A stretch of 64,000 nucleotides of DNA, taken from contig OX597822.1 of assembly GCA_951406725.2 (NCBI GenBank), positions 60,884,001 through 60,948,000 of the forward strand, given 5' to 3'. Under the pieces are notes generated by a model that had not been told where the DNA came from, searched no databases, and saw only the letters and a list, made by a program, of their open reading frames with translations. The stretch comes from Octopus vulgaris (Eukaryota). The stretch's first letter is position 1. Each line of letters begins with the position of its first letter. Shown here piece after piece: positions 1 through 14,219 of this stretch. The position numbers and the translations under genes were made by a program.

Positions 1-2
1 AG

Positions 3-73
3 GTAAAGACTACGCACACCACCCGTTTTCGGCGTAACAAAAACCCCAATCACCGGGTGTGCGTATTCTTTAC
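3..73. repeat. Short imperfect inverted repeat (probably part of a MITE cut by the window edge)
   Basis: GTAAAGACTACGCACAC (3-19) vs reverse complement of GTGTGCGTATTCTTTAC (57-73), 1 mismatch. Confidence 0.5.
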
Positions 74-558
74 TTTCGTCCAAGGTTGTATGGCTTAATT
101 TTAATAGCATATTAAAAAGTAAAGTTCATTTGTCACTGTTGAATCTGCTTTTTATGTCTTCTATATCTTATACTGTTCCTCTATGTTAAAATATCAGATG
201 ACATGAGCTTAGCTTTAAAGTCTCATCTAATTTAGATGCAACATTAATATTTTTCATTAGATGAAAATTATTAGTGTTGCATCTAAAACTAAGGGAATAT
301 GTTATACAGAACAAGTATAACCTTCTTTATATAAAGTTGTTGTAGAATTTCTATGAAAATATTCTCTAAGTCTTATTATTAGCAAAATTTTTTCTACTTG
401 ATTGGAATGTATACCAGATTACATTCAGTTTAAACTTTCATTATAAAGGAATTTGTTGTATTTTCAGATTACAGTTGATAGAAATATCGCAGAATTATTG
501 GTTAGAAATATATCATAAAATTGAAATCAAGAAAAAGCTTCATATGTTGCAATGAGAG

Positions 559-2088
559 ATGAAAAAAAATATGGAAACTGAATTTCATGACAACCAAATT
601 AAATGTAAAGAACAATCTGAAAGGATTAATTATTCTGATGAGTTGATGAAAGAGAAAGAAAAAACATGTAATATCATTGAAAAGTCATTCTCTCCAAAAA
701 CAAACCTCAGTAACAAAAATATTCATACTAGAAAGAAGCCATATCACTGTGATATCTGTGGTAAATCATTCTCTCAAAATGATCACTTAACCACTCACAA
801 ACGTATTCATACAGGAGAGAAGCCATTTCTCTGTAATATTTGTGGTAGATCATTCTCTCAAATAAATCACTTAACTATACATAAACGCATTCATACAGGA
901 GAGAAGCCATATCTGTGTGATATCTGTGGTAAATCATTCTCTGGAAGTGGTGAGTTAACTTGTCACAAACGTATTCATACTGGAGAGAAGCCATATCACT
1001 GCAATATCTGCAATAAATCATTCTCTCGAAGTGATCATTTATCTAAGCACAAACGAATTCATACAGGAGAGAAACCACATCATTGTGATATCTGTGGCAA
1101 ATCATTCTGCCGAAGTGGTGAATTGACTTCTCACAAACGTGTTCATACAGGAGAGAAACCATATCACTGTGATATCTGTGGTAAATCATTCTCCCATGGA
1201 AAAACTTTAACTAACCACAGACGCATTCATACTGGAGAGAAGCCATATCACTGTGACATTTGTGGTGAGTCATTCTCTGAAAACGGTGACTTAACTAAAC
1301 ATAAACGCGTTCATACAGGTGAGAAGCCATATAAGTGTGATACCTGTGGTAAATCATTTTCTCAAATAAATCATTTAACTAAACACAAACGCATTCATAC
1401 AGGAGAGAGACCATACCATTGTGATGTCTGTGGTAAATCATTCTCTCAAAATAGTGTATTAACTAAGCATAAACGCATTCACACAGGGGAAAAGCCATAT
1501 TGCTGTGAAATCTGTGGTAAATCATTTGCTGTAACAGGGAGTTTAGCTAATCACAAATACACCCATACAGGAGAAAAGCCATATCACTGTGATATCTGTG
1601 GCAAATCATTCTCTCATAGAAATACCTTGACTACTCACAAACGTATTCATACTGGAGAAGAGCCCTACGAGTGTAATATCTGTGGTAAATCATTCTCTGG
1701 AAATAGTAACTTAATTATTCACAAACGTATTCATACAGGTGAGAAACCATATCACTGTGATATTTGTGGTAAATCATTTTCTCAGATAAATCACTTAACT
1801 AAGCACAAACGCATTCATACAGGAGAAAAACCATATCATTGTGATATTTGTGGTAAATCATTCCCTCGAAATGGTGACTTAACAATCCACATGCGTGTTC
1901 ATACAGGAGAGAAACCATATCACTGCGATATTTGTGGAAAATCATTTTCTGGAAAAAGTGATTTAACTAAACACAAGAGGATTCATACAGGTGAAAAGCC
2001 ATATCCCTGTGATATTTGTGGCAAATCATTTTCTAGAAATGGTTACCTAACTATTCATAAACGTAATCATACACAAAATAAGTCGTGA
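559..2088 (+). CDS. C2H2 zinc-finger protein, subfamily A, 16 fingers plus one degenerate N-terminal finger
   Basis: 509-aa ORF of CxxC-x12-HxxxH repeats with TGEKP linkers; candidate acceptor ttttcag ending at 467; no recognisable effector domain in the ORF. Confidence 0.93.
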   Translation: MKKNMETEFHDNQIKCKEQSERINYSDELMKEKEKTCNIIEKSFSPKTNLSNKNIHTRKKPYHCDICGKSFSQNDHLTTHKRIHTGEKPFLCNICGRSFSQINHLTIHKRIHTGEKPYLCDICGKSFSGSGELTCHKRIHTGEKPYHCNICNKSFSRSDHLSKHKRIHTGEKPHHCDICGKSFCRSGELTSHKRVHTGEKPYHCDICGKSFSHGKTLTNHRRIHTGEKPYHCDICGESFSENGDLTKHKRVHTGEKPYKCDTCGKSFSQINHLTKHKRIHTGERPYHCDVCGKSFSQNSVLTKHKRIHTGEKPYCCEICGKSFAVTGSLANHKYTHTGEKPYHCDICGKSFSHRNTLTTHKRIHTGEEPYECNICGKSFSGNSNLIIHKRIHTGEKPYHCDICGKSFSQINHLTKHKRIHTGEKPYHCDICGKSFPRNGDLTIHMRVHTGEKPYHCDICGKSFSGKSDLTKHKRIHTGEKPYPCDICGKSFSRNGYLTIHKRNHTQNKS

Positions 2089-4360
2089 CATATATATGGT
2101 TAATCATTTTTTTCACAAGTCACATAACTGTACTTGTATGCATTCATACAGAAAAGTATCATTATCAGTGTTGAAATTTGGACTATGTTTGCCATATTAG
2201 CTTCGTTCCTTTTTCTAAATATTGATATCCCTATGGGCATATATCACTATTCATAAATATCAACATAGATACTCTCCCTTGTGGAGGTTAGCACACAACA
2301 CAATTGAGTGTATTTTTTATTCATAAATTTTGTTGATTAAATTAATTTTTTTTCCTTTCATTTTAAAATATCTAATAATTTTACAATTGATTGAGAACAC
2401 ATTTTCTTATGTATTTACTGTGACTGTCAAAATTTATTCTGAGGAAAAAAATGTCTCCTTTAATAAATATAATCAGATCAGGAAGGTGTAAATTGTACAG
2501 TAACAATCCCTTAACTCAATGTCATATGTAACTGACTATATGTTCATTGATTAAATAACTTACCACTGTAATATTTTTAATAAAAGTATTATTGCAGATT
2601 CACATATGTTTTATGATTAACATATTTCCACAAGAGAGAAAAGGTACTGTTGATTTATTTGACATTCTCAGTAAATAGCTGAAAATTCTCATAAATCAGT
2701 GATAACATCATGCACAGCTTTTTATGTTTGAAGTAGATACACAAACCATAACAAATTATTTTCTCATATCAGAATAGGATATCTCTTTTGTCTGTACACA
2801 TACCATTCAGAGAATGATAGTGACGTTGGTTTAGATATATATTTTATTTATTTATAGCATGATTTTGTAGTTAAGCTCGATGTTAATTAGCAAGTATCTG
2901 TACAAGTTTTAACTGAATATAAATGCCAAGAGAGTTGTATTATTTGTGAATTATCTTCATCTGTGTTTTACTGTTCATTCTACATCATATTATTGGTTGG
3001 ACATGTCTATCATACAAAATATCACCACATTTTCTCAGTTTTTGTTATCTTAGTCCAGAATCATAATTTTTTTTCCTCATCATTTCATTCTTTCATTCAA
3101 TATTCCTAATCTTTTGAAATTCAAATAGACCTGATTTCTCCTATTATGCCACATGTAGAGTACCTAATCAAATTTGTAACACAACTATAAATTATAAAAC
3201 TTACAGACTTGATCAGTGTATGATCAAAGTTTCATATTTTCCCCCAAATGATCTTTCACTAACCAAAATTTATGCTGACATAACTACAGTAGTATATTAT
3301 TGATATTTTATTATTAACCCCAGGTGAATAAAATACTGAGTAGAACTTAGCAGAAATCAAAACAAAAGATTGATTGATAAAACTAAATACAAGAATCACT
3401 TAAATCCAAATTTCTAGTGTTTCTATCAACTAGTAATCCAAATTATCAGAATTAATGAATAAAAAATAATTTCTAAAATTGGTAGGTCACAAGTAGTGAT
3501 AAATGAATCATGAAATCAATATTCAAAGTTGTACATTTAGATATCAATGGTCCCATTAATAAATTACTAGGTATCAAAAAGTGTCTCTTCCCTATTTTTC
3601 TTAGTACCTGTAACACTCTTACTCAGTAACTTTGCTTCCAACCTTCTTAAGACATTTAAAGCTTTTTTTTTTATGGGAATCTACTCCAATTGAAGAAAAC
3701 AGGCAAAGTCTTTTTTTCCCCATTCTCATTAAGACAACCTAACCTGCCTGACTTTACTCTGCTCTCATCATCTCATTCATTCATTCATGCATACGTGCAT
3801 GTATGTATGTGTTCAGACTAAATTTGACAGTTTGCACTAAAGGAAAAGAAGACAGAATATTCCATACAAAAATTAAAGTATTTTGAAAAATCAGAAAATA
3901 TCAACTGGATTATGGTTGGCAAATAACAGTTTACTCAAAGTAGCAACCGTCAGCTTCTACTGTGGCCTCATGATGGCTCCAGAAACTAGTGCATGTGTCG
4001 CTGAGAAGAGCTTTGAACATTTTGACCTTGGCTACCAGGTCTAGATACCCAAGACAGGCTGTATATCACAACCCATGCTATCTTAAGGTAGTACTGGTGT
4101 CCAAGATGCACTTGGGCTCATCTTATAATAATTCTGCTTGTCACTCCATTATTTAGCCTGTCCATAACGCTTCCACATGATTAGTTGAAGAGAGGGAGGG
4201 AGAGGTAGTGGTGAGTGAAATGTGTAATTTTTCTCTGTTACTTAGTACATCTGTAACACTTTCATGTGATTGAAGGGGAAGGCAAAGAGCAAAAGAAGGT
4301 CAGGAGAAAAGGGAGAATGCTGTGTATTAAATCTATAAAATTGTGCATAAAGTATATAAA

Positions 4361-4370
<10 letters not shown>

Positions 4371-4404
<34 letters not shown>
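4371..4404. repeat. (TA)n microsatellite
   Basis: direct reading. Confidence 0.9.
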
Positions 4405-4407
<3 letters not shown>

Positions 4408-5160
4408 GTGCATTAAGTAATCGTATTCAGATTTCCTTCACTTTTCAATAATTAGAAGATGAGTGATTATCTTTCGATACAGACACAACACAGGCTATGC
4501 TTCCAGATTTTTTTGAGTTTTTAGAAATAAATTTACCATTGATTCTGTGAAATATTCTTGGGTCTCACTAGTTAATATAATTTAGCTATGTGGTGAGGTG
4601 GGTGGGTAATGTATATAGAAATATGCAAAGACAATAAGTTGTATGCATTTTATTTTCAATTTGTATAACTTTCCATATTTGAATATGTAAGCTACATTTT
4701 GATGGAACTTTATTCCATCTGTAAAAATAATGGGGCCTTGTACTAATAATATTACAGCAAATGGAGAAAGAAAGGGTGAAATCCTTGAAAATGCAATTGT
4801 ACATATACAGTCTCTAATATTTAACTGGTATGCATTTCACATAGTTTGAATGTATTATAAGTAAACTTTATAATCTTTTCATATGAAATTTCACCTGAAC
4901 AAACAAAACTAAATGACATTGTCAAATTCATAAAATTACTGGACTGGACATATCTAGACTAACAAGTAGATGAAATAACTAGCAGACTGAGTTCCAAGAA
5001 ACAACAAAAGAGACAATACTGCAATGACTAAGATAGCGATATGGAATATATATATTTTGACAAAAAACTGGGGATCAGGCACTGAAAGCTATAGTGAAAT
5101 AAAAGGAAGGACTTTATCCTGCAGTGTGAGAACTATGGCTGATTTGAGTGGTGTGTAAGT

Positions 5161-5535
5161 TTACTCTTTTACTTGTTTCAGTCATTTGACCGTGGCTATG
5201 CTGGAGCACCACCTTTAGTCGAGCAAATCGACCCCAGGACTTATTTTTTGTAAGCCTAGTACTTATTCTATCGGTCTCTTTTGCCGAACTGATAAGTTAC
5301 AGGGACGTAAACACACCAGCATTGGTTGTCAAGCAATGTTGGGGAGACATATACACACACATACATATATACGACGGGCTTCTTTCAGTTTCCGTCTACC
5401 AAATCTACTCACAAGGCTTTGGTTGGCCCAAGGCTATAGTAGAAGACACTTGCCCAAGGTGCCACGCAGTGGGGCTGAACCCAGAACCATGTGGTTGGTA
5501 AGCAAGCTACTTACCACATAGCCACACCTGCACCT
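5161..5535 (-). mobile_element. tRNA-like SINE, family 1 (near full length)
   Basis: Minus strand starts GGTGCAGGTGTGGCTATGTGGTAAG (A-box-like) and has GGTTCAGCCCC (B-box-like); many similar copies in the window. Confidence 0.85.
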
Positions 5536-6461
5536 ATACAAGTTTATATAAGATTTTGTAAAGATTTGTTGTAATAAAATAGTGTTAATTAAAGGTATTG
5601 CTGTCAATTCTATTATGCAGTTGTCTCAACCTTAGAAATACAAAATGAGTAAAAATCTATCATGGGCTAATGTCATTGAGCTGGACCAAATGTTAAAATC
5701 CTCTAGGTTTAGTCAAATTTTTGTGTATGAACTTGAACTTACAACAAATCATTATGTGAGAGGCAAAAGAGAGAGCTCCTAGAAAGTGTATGCCTTAAAA
5801 TAAAACAAATTTATTCTATTGTGAGATTACTGCATAATCTTGCTGAAACCTATATGTATTTTGTTGAGAAAATATTAATAAGCACAACAGTATCATGTTT
5901 TGAAGAAAAGCGTTTATTTTGCAACTGTTTGTAATTTAGGCACTAATCCAATATTTTGGGGAGAGAGGCTAGTTGATACCATAATCACCCCAATACTTGA
6001 TTGATGCTTTATTTTATTGTCTATGAATGGAAGGAAGGTAAAGTTTGCTGTGGCAGGGGTGAACCGACTTCAAATGAATGCAGTGGTAATGAGAGTAGCC
6101 TGCCTTGCTAGGAATAAGTTTGTAACTCAGTAGTAGCTAGTCACAATATCAACAGATAAAGCTAGTAGAGGTCAAGTTAATCCATGGCCGTTCATGGGAA
6201 CAACAGTTTTTCTGATTCCAAGTACTGTTTAGCATCCAGCCACCACAGGAATTGGAAGGAAAATAAACATGACTCGTGTCTTCATGCAATGTTGAAGAAA
6301 ATTGGGAATGCAAAATTAACTTTCAACGTGGAGAAATGTGCTTTCAAAAAGATAACGTTAAATTCCTGAATCAAATCCTTTCAAATGAGGGGATGAAGTC
6401 CAATCCATGTATAATTGCAACTGAAAGCTAGGAGGAAAATCCCACTAATGAGAGATACATA

Positions 6462-6981
6462 CCGTAAATCTTCGAGTATAATCCATATTTTTTTCCAAAA
6501 TTTGAAAGCAAAATCCCTAGTGCGTACTATATACGAGGCTAAAAATGGAAATTATTTTCTAAGCAATGTCTGTGTCTCTATTTGCTGTCCGGCAATGTTT
6601 ATTCAGACGCATTTTGTGATGTCGGGCGTGGAAATACCTTAAGCTAAGCCTGAAAACAATGAAGTCATAAAAGAATCATCCATAACTTACAGTAAGCAAC
6701 ATTTATTAAAATAAAAGTATTCAGAACACAGAATAACATGTAACAAAAACAATTTGCAAACATATTTATATTCCCATATAACATTTAAAAACATCACCAT
6801 TATTGTATTACTCATGTGCAGAAGTATTTGTTCGACTTGGTGCTGCTGGCTTAATTACTCACAACTCAAGTTAGAGAAGTGGTGCGTATTATACACAAAG
6901 TTTAGGTTTTTCAGAAGTACAGCCCCCTAATAATCCGCTACGTATTATATTCAAGGGCGGACTATACTCGAGGATTTACGG
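6462..6981. mobile_element. Non-autonomous Tc1/mariner (pogo/Tc2-type) MITE
   Basis: TIR CCGTAAATCTTCGAGTATA ... TATACTCGAGGATTTACGG flanked by TA on both sides (6460-61, 6982-83). Confidence 0.85.
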
Positions 6982-7008
6982 TAATTTCCTGGAGGTAGTC
7001 AGGAAGTA

Positions 7009-7792
7009 GGATCTTTTCCTTTTGAACGGCACATGTCAACACAATTTCTAGTTAACTAAACACTTTTAAACTTCGTATACTAGTAGAATGTGTTTATAAA
7101 ACATCATTTTTTCTTGGCTTTATTAAGAAAATTCTATAGTTTGTAAGATATTTCGTCTGAAATTTCGAGCATTTCAGCAATTTTAACTAATCGCTCACCT
7201 CCATTTGGGGTGAAAACATTCCGTGCTGTATGAATATGTCCCTCGTTTAAGAAACAGATTGGGTTTGTTTACATTTGCAAAGAAAAAAAGATACCCTTCC
7301 CCCACCCCTAGCCCTAACCCTAAAACAGATTGAAATGCAATAGATCGATACTAGGGTTATAATTATGGGTGACAATTTCATACGACACCGCTACGGAAAA
7401 TGGGATTTTTTTCTAGCGGTGTCAAATGAAAATGTCACCCATAATTATAACCCTAGTATCGATCTATTGCATTTCAATCTGTTTTAGGGTTAGGGGTGGG
7501 GGAAGGGTATCTTTTTTTCTTCGCAAATGTAAATAAACCCAACCTGTTTCTTAAACGAGGGACATATTCATACAGCACGGAATGTTTTCACCCCAAATGG
7601 AGGTCAGCGATTGGTTAAAATTGCCGAAATGCTCGAAATTAAAGTGGAAATATCTTACAAACTATAGAATTTTCTCAATAAAGCCAAGAGAAAATGATGT
7701 TTTATAAACACATTCTACCAGTATACGAAGTTTAAAAGTGTTTAGTTAACTAGAAATTGTGTTGACATGTGCCGTTCAAAAGGAAAAGATCC
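7009..7792. mobile_element. 784-bp foldback DNA element (whole element palindromic)
   Basis: Arms of about 390 bp starting GGATCTTTTCCTTTTGAACGGC, loop near 7400; AGTA on both sides (7005-08, 7793-96) as candidate 4-bp TSD. Confidence 0.88.
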
Positions 7793-8332
7793 AGTAAGTA
7801 GGTACATGCTTCCGCTAGCAGAAAAGAATAAACCCTAATTACTCTATAGAACTGATCTGGTCAAACCCTTCAGTGGCCGGAAGCGGGAGCTGTTACCTTT
7901 GTTTGATCCTATCAACGAGAAAGTGTTAGCAAATGTATCCAGTTTTGGACTAAGAGTGACCCAACAACAGAAATAGAGTAGTTAAGGGGGCTTGTCGCCT
8001 GTCAATCAGAATTGTTGTCAGACAGCGCGCGTGTAAGTCAGTTTACCGGACATACTCCTCAATCGACATTTTGTCATGCGCATGTGCGAATAGAAATTAA
8101 TTACTATCCGTATGTGGAAGGTCTTGTTTATAGAGATCTGAATAGAATCAACTCGAACTACTTTCAACTTTATTGTCTGGAATATATACAAGATGGTTTT
8201 GTGTTGTAATTTAACTTGGATTACAAAGGTGTTCGCAGCATTGACAGACATCGACAAAGATCTCAGTCGATTCAAATATAGCACAAGAAATATTTGTTAG
8301 GTGTAAAATGTACAAAAGAAAAGAAGAAAGTT

Positions 8333-9187
8333 ATGGAAAACAAAGTATGTGAATTAAGCAAGTTTAAATGTAAAACACCGTCTAAAAGAATTGGTATTTC
8401 TCGTGATATAATGAAAGAGAAAAGAAAAACGTCTTATCTCTGTGATATTTGTGGCAAACCATTCTCTCAAAAAGGTAACCTCACTACTCACAAACGTATA
8501 CATACAGGAGAAAAACCATTCCACTGTGATGTCTGTGGTAAATCATTCACTGCTGTAAGTCACTTAACTATTCACAAAAGCATTCATACGGGAGAAAAAC
8601 CACATCACTGTGATATCTGTGGTGAATCGTTCTCTCAAATAAATACCTTAACTATACACAAACGTATTCATACAGGAGAAAAGCCATATGACTGTGATAT
8701 CTGTAATAAATCATTTTCTCAAAGTCATCACTTAACTAAACACAAACGTATTCATACAGGAGAGAAACCATATCACTGTGTTACTTGTGATAAATCATTT
8801 TCCGCTAGTAGTGATTTAACAATACATAAACGTATTCATACAGGGGAGAAGCCATATAATTGTGATGTTTGTGGTAAGTCATTTTCTCGAAATGGTGTCT
8901 TAACTAAACACAGACGTATTCATACAGGAGAGAAACCATATCACTGTGATATCTGTGGTAAATCATTCTCTGGAGGAAGCACCTTAACTAAACATAGACG
9001 CATTCATACAGGAGAGAAACCATATCTCTGTGATATCTGTGGTAGATCATTCTCTCAAAAATGTCACTTAACTACTCACAATTACATTCATACAGGAGAG
9101 AGACCATATCGCTGTGATATCTGTGGTAAATCATTCACCCACAGAAGTCACTTAGCTTCACATGTATGTATTGATGAAGAAGACTAA
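8333..9187 (+). CDS. C2H2 zinc-finger protein, subfamily A, 9 fingers (last one C2HC-type)
   Basis: First ATG at 8333 (MENKVCE, homologous to MENKTCE at 43170); the track start at 8294 is TTG. Confidence 0.9.
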   Translation: MENKVCELSKFKCKTPSKRIGISRDIMKEKRKTSYLCDICGKPFSQKGNLTTHKRIHTGEKPFHCDVCGKSFTAVSHLTIHKSIHTGEKPHHCDICGESFSQINTLTIHKRIHTGEKPYDCDICNKSFSQSHHLTKHKRIHTGEKPYHCVTCDKSFSASSDLTIHKRIHTGEKPYNCDVCGKSFSRNGVLTKHRRIHTGEKPYHCDICGKSFSGGSTLTKHRRIHTGEKPYLCDICGRSFSQKCHLTTHNYIHTGERPYRCDICGKSFTHRSHLASHVCIDEED

Positions 9188-11422
9188 TTGTTGTGGTAAT
9201 TTCAAAACAACAAGCGCCGCCCAACTTAATTTTTGATCATATGAAGATTTTCTTTATTCGTGTTGGGGATAACTAGTAATTTTATGACTCATAAAACTTT
9301 CATGTTGGGTAATCTGGTAATTTTAGCAACGTGCAGCATGCATACCCAACATCAGAAATTAGTCACAGAATCATAAATGTACTCACAAAGGAATGAAGAT
9401 AAAACAGTGTGGTCAACTTCCCCAACAGTATTTTATATAACCATAACTACTTTGACGTGATGACTTCTCTTACTTCAATATTTTAAATAAAAACATTCTT
9501 TAAGAATACTCGTGTGTGTAGCATACTTCCAGGATAGAGAAAAAAATATTTATTAAACCAAAATCTTTTCTGGTTTCGGTCTTGCAGTAATAGAATGTCT
9601 CTAAAGTATTTAGAAGGCAATGTTTATCCCCTGATATGATGTATATAATTCAAGGAGTGTGCATTCCCCTATTTTCATTATTTATTTTCTGACTTTTTTT
9701 TTTATAGATGTATACGTAAGACTTCCACCAATAGTTTTATGCATGTGTGTATGTAAATGTTAGAGACTAGAACATTAAATAGATAAATTCCCACAAATCA
9801 GATAACAGCATTGTGTTGTTATTGTGTTAGGAATAAATACACAAACCATAATAGAAAATATTTTATTTACTATATTAGCATATCTGTATTTCTTTCAATA
9901 TATTTGGGACGTTATGCATCCACTGTGTATATTTCGGTTTAGATTTTATCTTGAATGGATCCCGTTAACTGACTAATTTTGCTGTTACTTTATACTTTTA
10001 TATAGTATGATTTATGATTTAGTTAGGCTGAATGTTAAGTTGCATGTGTCATTATAACGGTAACTTTATAAAGTGGATTATATGATTTGTAAATTATCCT
10101 TATTCAATATCTCTGGTAGAAGTTGGACATTTCTCTTGCACAAGATATCACCACATTTTTCAGATCTTTTGTCATCCAGCTATGAGACCCATAATCATGA
10201 GCTCACCTCACATCTCTATATTTTTAATTAACCTGTAGATGGTTTATTATTTAAGTATAATCTTATCATTTTGTATATAGAATATCTAACTGAAACTTTT
10301 GCTGAAACAATAGAATCCACAGTTCAACTATATGATAAAAGTTACACATTTTCCAAATGTCTTCAGTGAACTATTTACTGTGAAGCTATAAAATTTGTTG
10401 ATATTATTTGACACTAAATAGAGGTAAACGTGCAGTGTAGCCATTTGATGATATCCAAACCAGAGTTTGAAGAAAGATATGTTTCCTTATGTAAGTTTAA
10501 AAAATTTTTTTTTATGGAATGAATAACTGAATTGTTGCCATTATGTAAAAGATCATTCCTGAAATGTTAGCCAGTACTTTTTGGTCCCCTGACTATTTGT
10601 AAGCATTTCCCTCTTGGAGTAACTTTCCACATTTTCTTTTAACTCCACAAGGCATGTGTTCTTTAAAAAAACTTTCCTTTTCAGCCACGTATACATACAT
10701 GCAAAGCATGAAAACACTTGCTCTAGAAGCCATTCTTCCATTACCTTCAAACTATCCATTCCAGTCTAGCCTCTTAACTTCAGTAAACTCTTCTTTCTTT
10801 GTGGTCATAGAAACAGGCAACGGTATGTCCCATTCTCAAGAAAGGCAATGTCTTTGACCTAAATAACTATCGGTCTGTTGTTCTGATAACTGAATATGAT
10901 GCAAACTGTTACAAATAATTAGATTCCCCAAGCCCTTCACTCTTTTTCCAGTTGCCAACAGTACAGATTTTGGAGGACCATGTCTACTCACGACATGTAT
11001 ATTGCTACCTGCTTTTGTGTATCACTTGCCAGAGGTCCCTAGTCCTTCAGTCATCTCTTTTAGATTATAAATATCTTGTAAGATCAAGTAATTTCAAAAT
11101 GGTAGTGTGAACTGAGTTTTCTCAATGCACAGAAAGTTCAGAGAAAAACCCGGTGTGCACTTGGTTTTCTCTCCCGCAACATCAACTCTTGTGAATCTGA
11201 AGGTTTGGTTTTGTTCCTACCCTCTTTTTATCTTGTACATTAGCTTGCTACTACCTCTTCAAATCTCTTTGATTTTCAGCACTCAAACATCATCCATATC
11301 AACTTAAATCCCTCCACCAACACTGCCTAAACTAATACAAATAACCAACATGGATACATAATGAAAACATTTTTAAGTAAATGCATATCCTAATCTCTAC
11401 AAGTGTAAACAAAGTGAAGGAC

Positions 11423-11737
11423 TTACTCTTTTACTTGTTTCAGTCATTTGATTGCAGCCATGCTGGAGCACCGCCTTTAGTCAAGCAAACCGACCCCAGG
11501 ACTTATTCTTTGGAAGCCTAGTACTTATTCTATCAGTCTCTGTTGCTGAACCGCAAAGTTACACCAGCATCAGTTGTCAAGCAATGTTGTGGGGGATAAA
11601 CATAGACACATATATGACAGGCTTCTTTCAGTTTCCGTCTACCACCAAATCCACTTGCCCAAGGTGCCACGCAGTGGGACTGAACCCATAACTATGTGGT
11701 TGGTAAGCAAGCTACTTACCACACAGCCACTCCTGCA
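11423..11737 (-). mobile_element. SINE family 1 copy
   Basis: Similar to 5161-5535, with internal deletions. Confidence 0.85.
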
Positions 11738-12003
11738 CTTAACTATGTTAGGGTGAAACTAATATTATGAAATTGTACTGAGGTCAAATATATTGTACCT
11801 AGATAAAATAATTAAGTCAGTTTTATTGTCATGTTAAAACAATGGAGAAGATTTGCATTATTGGTAGAAATTAATGAAATACCAAATATTTAGGGAAGGG
11901 GTAAACAATAACCATAATACACTATTGGTACTTAAATCTCAGGTGAATAGAAAGCCAAGTTGACCATGGTGGAAAAATATTCTATGTAATATTATTCTTA
12001 CTA

Positions 12004-12215
12004 AGGCAGCAAGCTATCAGGATCATTAACATGCCAGACAAAATGCTTAGCAGCGTTTTATCTGTCTTTATGTTATGAGTTCAAATTCTGCCAAGGTTGA
12101 CTTTGCCTCTCATCCTTTCAGGGTTGATAAAGTAAATACCAGTTGATTACTGAGGTTGATGTAGTTGACTTGGCCCTTCCCTTGGAATTGCTGGCCTTGT
12201 GACAAAATATGAAAC
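12004..12215 (+). mobile_element. SINE family 2 copy
   Basis: GGCAGCAAGC...AAATGCTTAGCAGCG...GAGTTCAAATTCTGCC (B-box-like); similar to 28226/30192 element. Confidence 0.75.
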
Positions 12216-12647
12216 TAATATTACTATTCTTGCTTATTCCAGTCAGATGAGGATCAATGATTATACCAAGCAATGTTATTTCATGAAGACAGTCTCAGCA
12301 ATACATCAATGGGTGTCTAAATTCTTGTATGTCTGTTGCTTAACATTTTTGTTTCCAATCTTCACCAAACTTTTAAAGCTTGTTCTTTTTATGGGTATCT
12401 ATTTCAGTCTATAGGAACAAGAAATCTTCTCTGTTTTCATAAATCTCTTGATTCTGCTATACTATCACTATTGCCTTAAAAGTAAGCTGGAAACAACTAC
12501 ATCCTTCATCACCTGTGGTCTGTTTCTCTTCCTTGTGACCACCACTACAGTTTTTGCAGAGTTCAGTCTACCAGAAAATTACATTTCTGAACTTACTTCT
12601 AATCTCCCATCTTTCAGTCACTCTGGCCTGAGAAATTTTGGCTAAGA

Positions 12648-13000
12648 TCATCATCATTTTAACTTCCTACTTTTCCATGCTTGCAAGAATCAAACAGATT
12701 TGTTGAGGTAGATTTTCTGTAACTGGATGGCCTTTGCCTTCCCTGTTTCCAAGTAAGGAAATATTTCCCCATGACCAGACATGTTTTCACAGAAGATTGG
12801 AATGTCAAGGCAAGGAGATAGTACCATACACATACACATATATGTATGATGAACTTCTTTCAGTTTTCGTCTACTAAATCCACTCAAGGCTTTAATCAGC
12901 CAAGGGTGTAGTAGAAGATACTTGCCCAAGATGCAGTGGGACTGAACCTGAAATCATGTAGTTGTGAAGCAAACTTTTAACCACAGCCATGTATGTGCCT
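12648..13000 (-). mobile_element. Composite SINE fragments (RTE-tailed piece plus family 1 5' part)
   Basis: (CAT)n tail at 12648; body similar to 22945-23115 in the opposite orientation; 12830-13000 similar to SINE family 1. Confidence 0.6.
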
Positions 13001-14001
13001 ATAGATGTATTTTGTAATGAGAAATGAATATCTCCAGATGTCACAAAGCCTATTGAGTGAAGGCTTAGTTAACTTAGTACAGCATTACTGTCCAAGTACA
13101 GTTGATACTGTATGGCTGTATAATAGATAATTGTATCCTTTTTCAAAGCACTAATAACTTCACATCAGATCTATATAAAATTAGCATTAACTGCATTTGT
13201 AGTTAATGTTTAGTTATTTGAACTGGATATTTTTGCTTTGCTGTGAATAAAGTGATTCTGGAAGCTTCTGTTTTTATAATGATCTCATGTCCATGACATA
13301 TGTTGTTGGAGTCAAAGTGTGTGGAAGTTATTGTTGGCCAAGCATTGGTAATTATGGAGGCCTCTAACATCTCAGGAAGTGACAAAAAAATAGCTACTGG
13401 TTAGGAAAAGTCATGACCCTAAACACATCTATGAGAATAAACTTCCAGTGACTTACAAAAAACAGCAAGAGTGCCTGGATAACTGGAGGGATATTTACTA
13501 CATGTCAGAAAGAGATGACCCAGACAAAGAGGCAAGCAGTATCGTTTGTCAACAATTGCACTGCTCACCCAATAGCTGAAAATCTTAAATCAAACTGATG
13601 TTTCTTTCACTAGACATAAGTGTGAAGATAATGATTAACTAAGTTTATAATATCATATCTGTTGTATATTGTTTTATCATTTACACTGGCGGGTCTCAAC
13701 AAGGGTTTATATGACCCTTGGGGGTCCAAATAAGATTCCATAGTTAAAATTTATGTGCAATAAATTGGTTATACTTTTACAATACACAAAATATTTTCAG
13801 AATTTTTTTTTTCAATTTCTTATAATGCTTAATTATAAAAATATAATAGGATTTTTTTAAAGATCTGGTCCCTTGCACCAGCCCTGCATTATCATTAAAA
13901 AAAAGTCACCTCATACAATCTCTCAGTTAAAATAATGCATGGTTAACACTGGATAAATAAGTTTTACTTTTGACAGGGTGAGGTAAATGCTGAGGGGTTA
14001 A

Positions 14002-14219
14002 CCCTTTTGTTACCAACCCTGTTGAAACTGGCTCTGGCTCTGAGTACAAGTCTTGTTTTCATAAGTTATGAATTAAAATCTTCCACTAAACCTTAGTCAC
14101 AATTTATGTTTCTAACATTAGCTTAATGATAACCAAGTTATTTTACTAAATTCTTTGTTATATTTAAAGTAATTGAAAGAAACACAAAGCTTCTCAAAAT
14201 AAATACAGTAATGAAAGGG
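14002..14219. mobile_element. piggyBac-type MITE
   Basis: TTAA|CCCTTTTGTTAC ... GTAATGAAAGGG|TTAA; second copy at 44407-44628. Confidence 0.85.

Larger units (their letters stand above)
6255..7870 (+). pseudogene. Gypsy-like LTR retrotransposon pol relic (RT C-terminus/connection) interrupted by two DNA elements
   Basis: HDSCLHAMLKKIGNAKLTFNVEKCAF, frameshift, KDNVKFLNQILSNEGMKSNP, later FLEVV and YMLPLAEKNKP; matches the Gypsy pattern HDxxLxxVLxRLxxAGLTLNxEKCxF..VxFLG..IS..G..P..FLG..FIPNLAE..PL. Confidence 0.6.

Noticed and set aside
630-660. CTGATGAGTTGATGAAA resembling a hammerhead core
   Set aside because: No stem II/III pairing; lies within the ZNF coding sequence
5440-5535. tRNA gene-like A/B boxes
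   Set aside because: Head of a multi-copy SINE; no complete cloverleaf
7300-7325. CCCTAA repeats as interstitial telomere
   Set aside because: Only 2-3 units, internal to transposon arms
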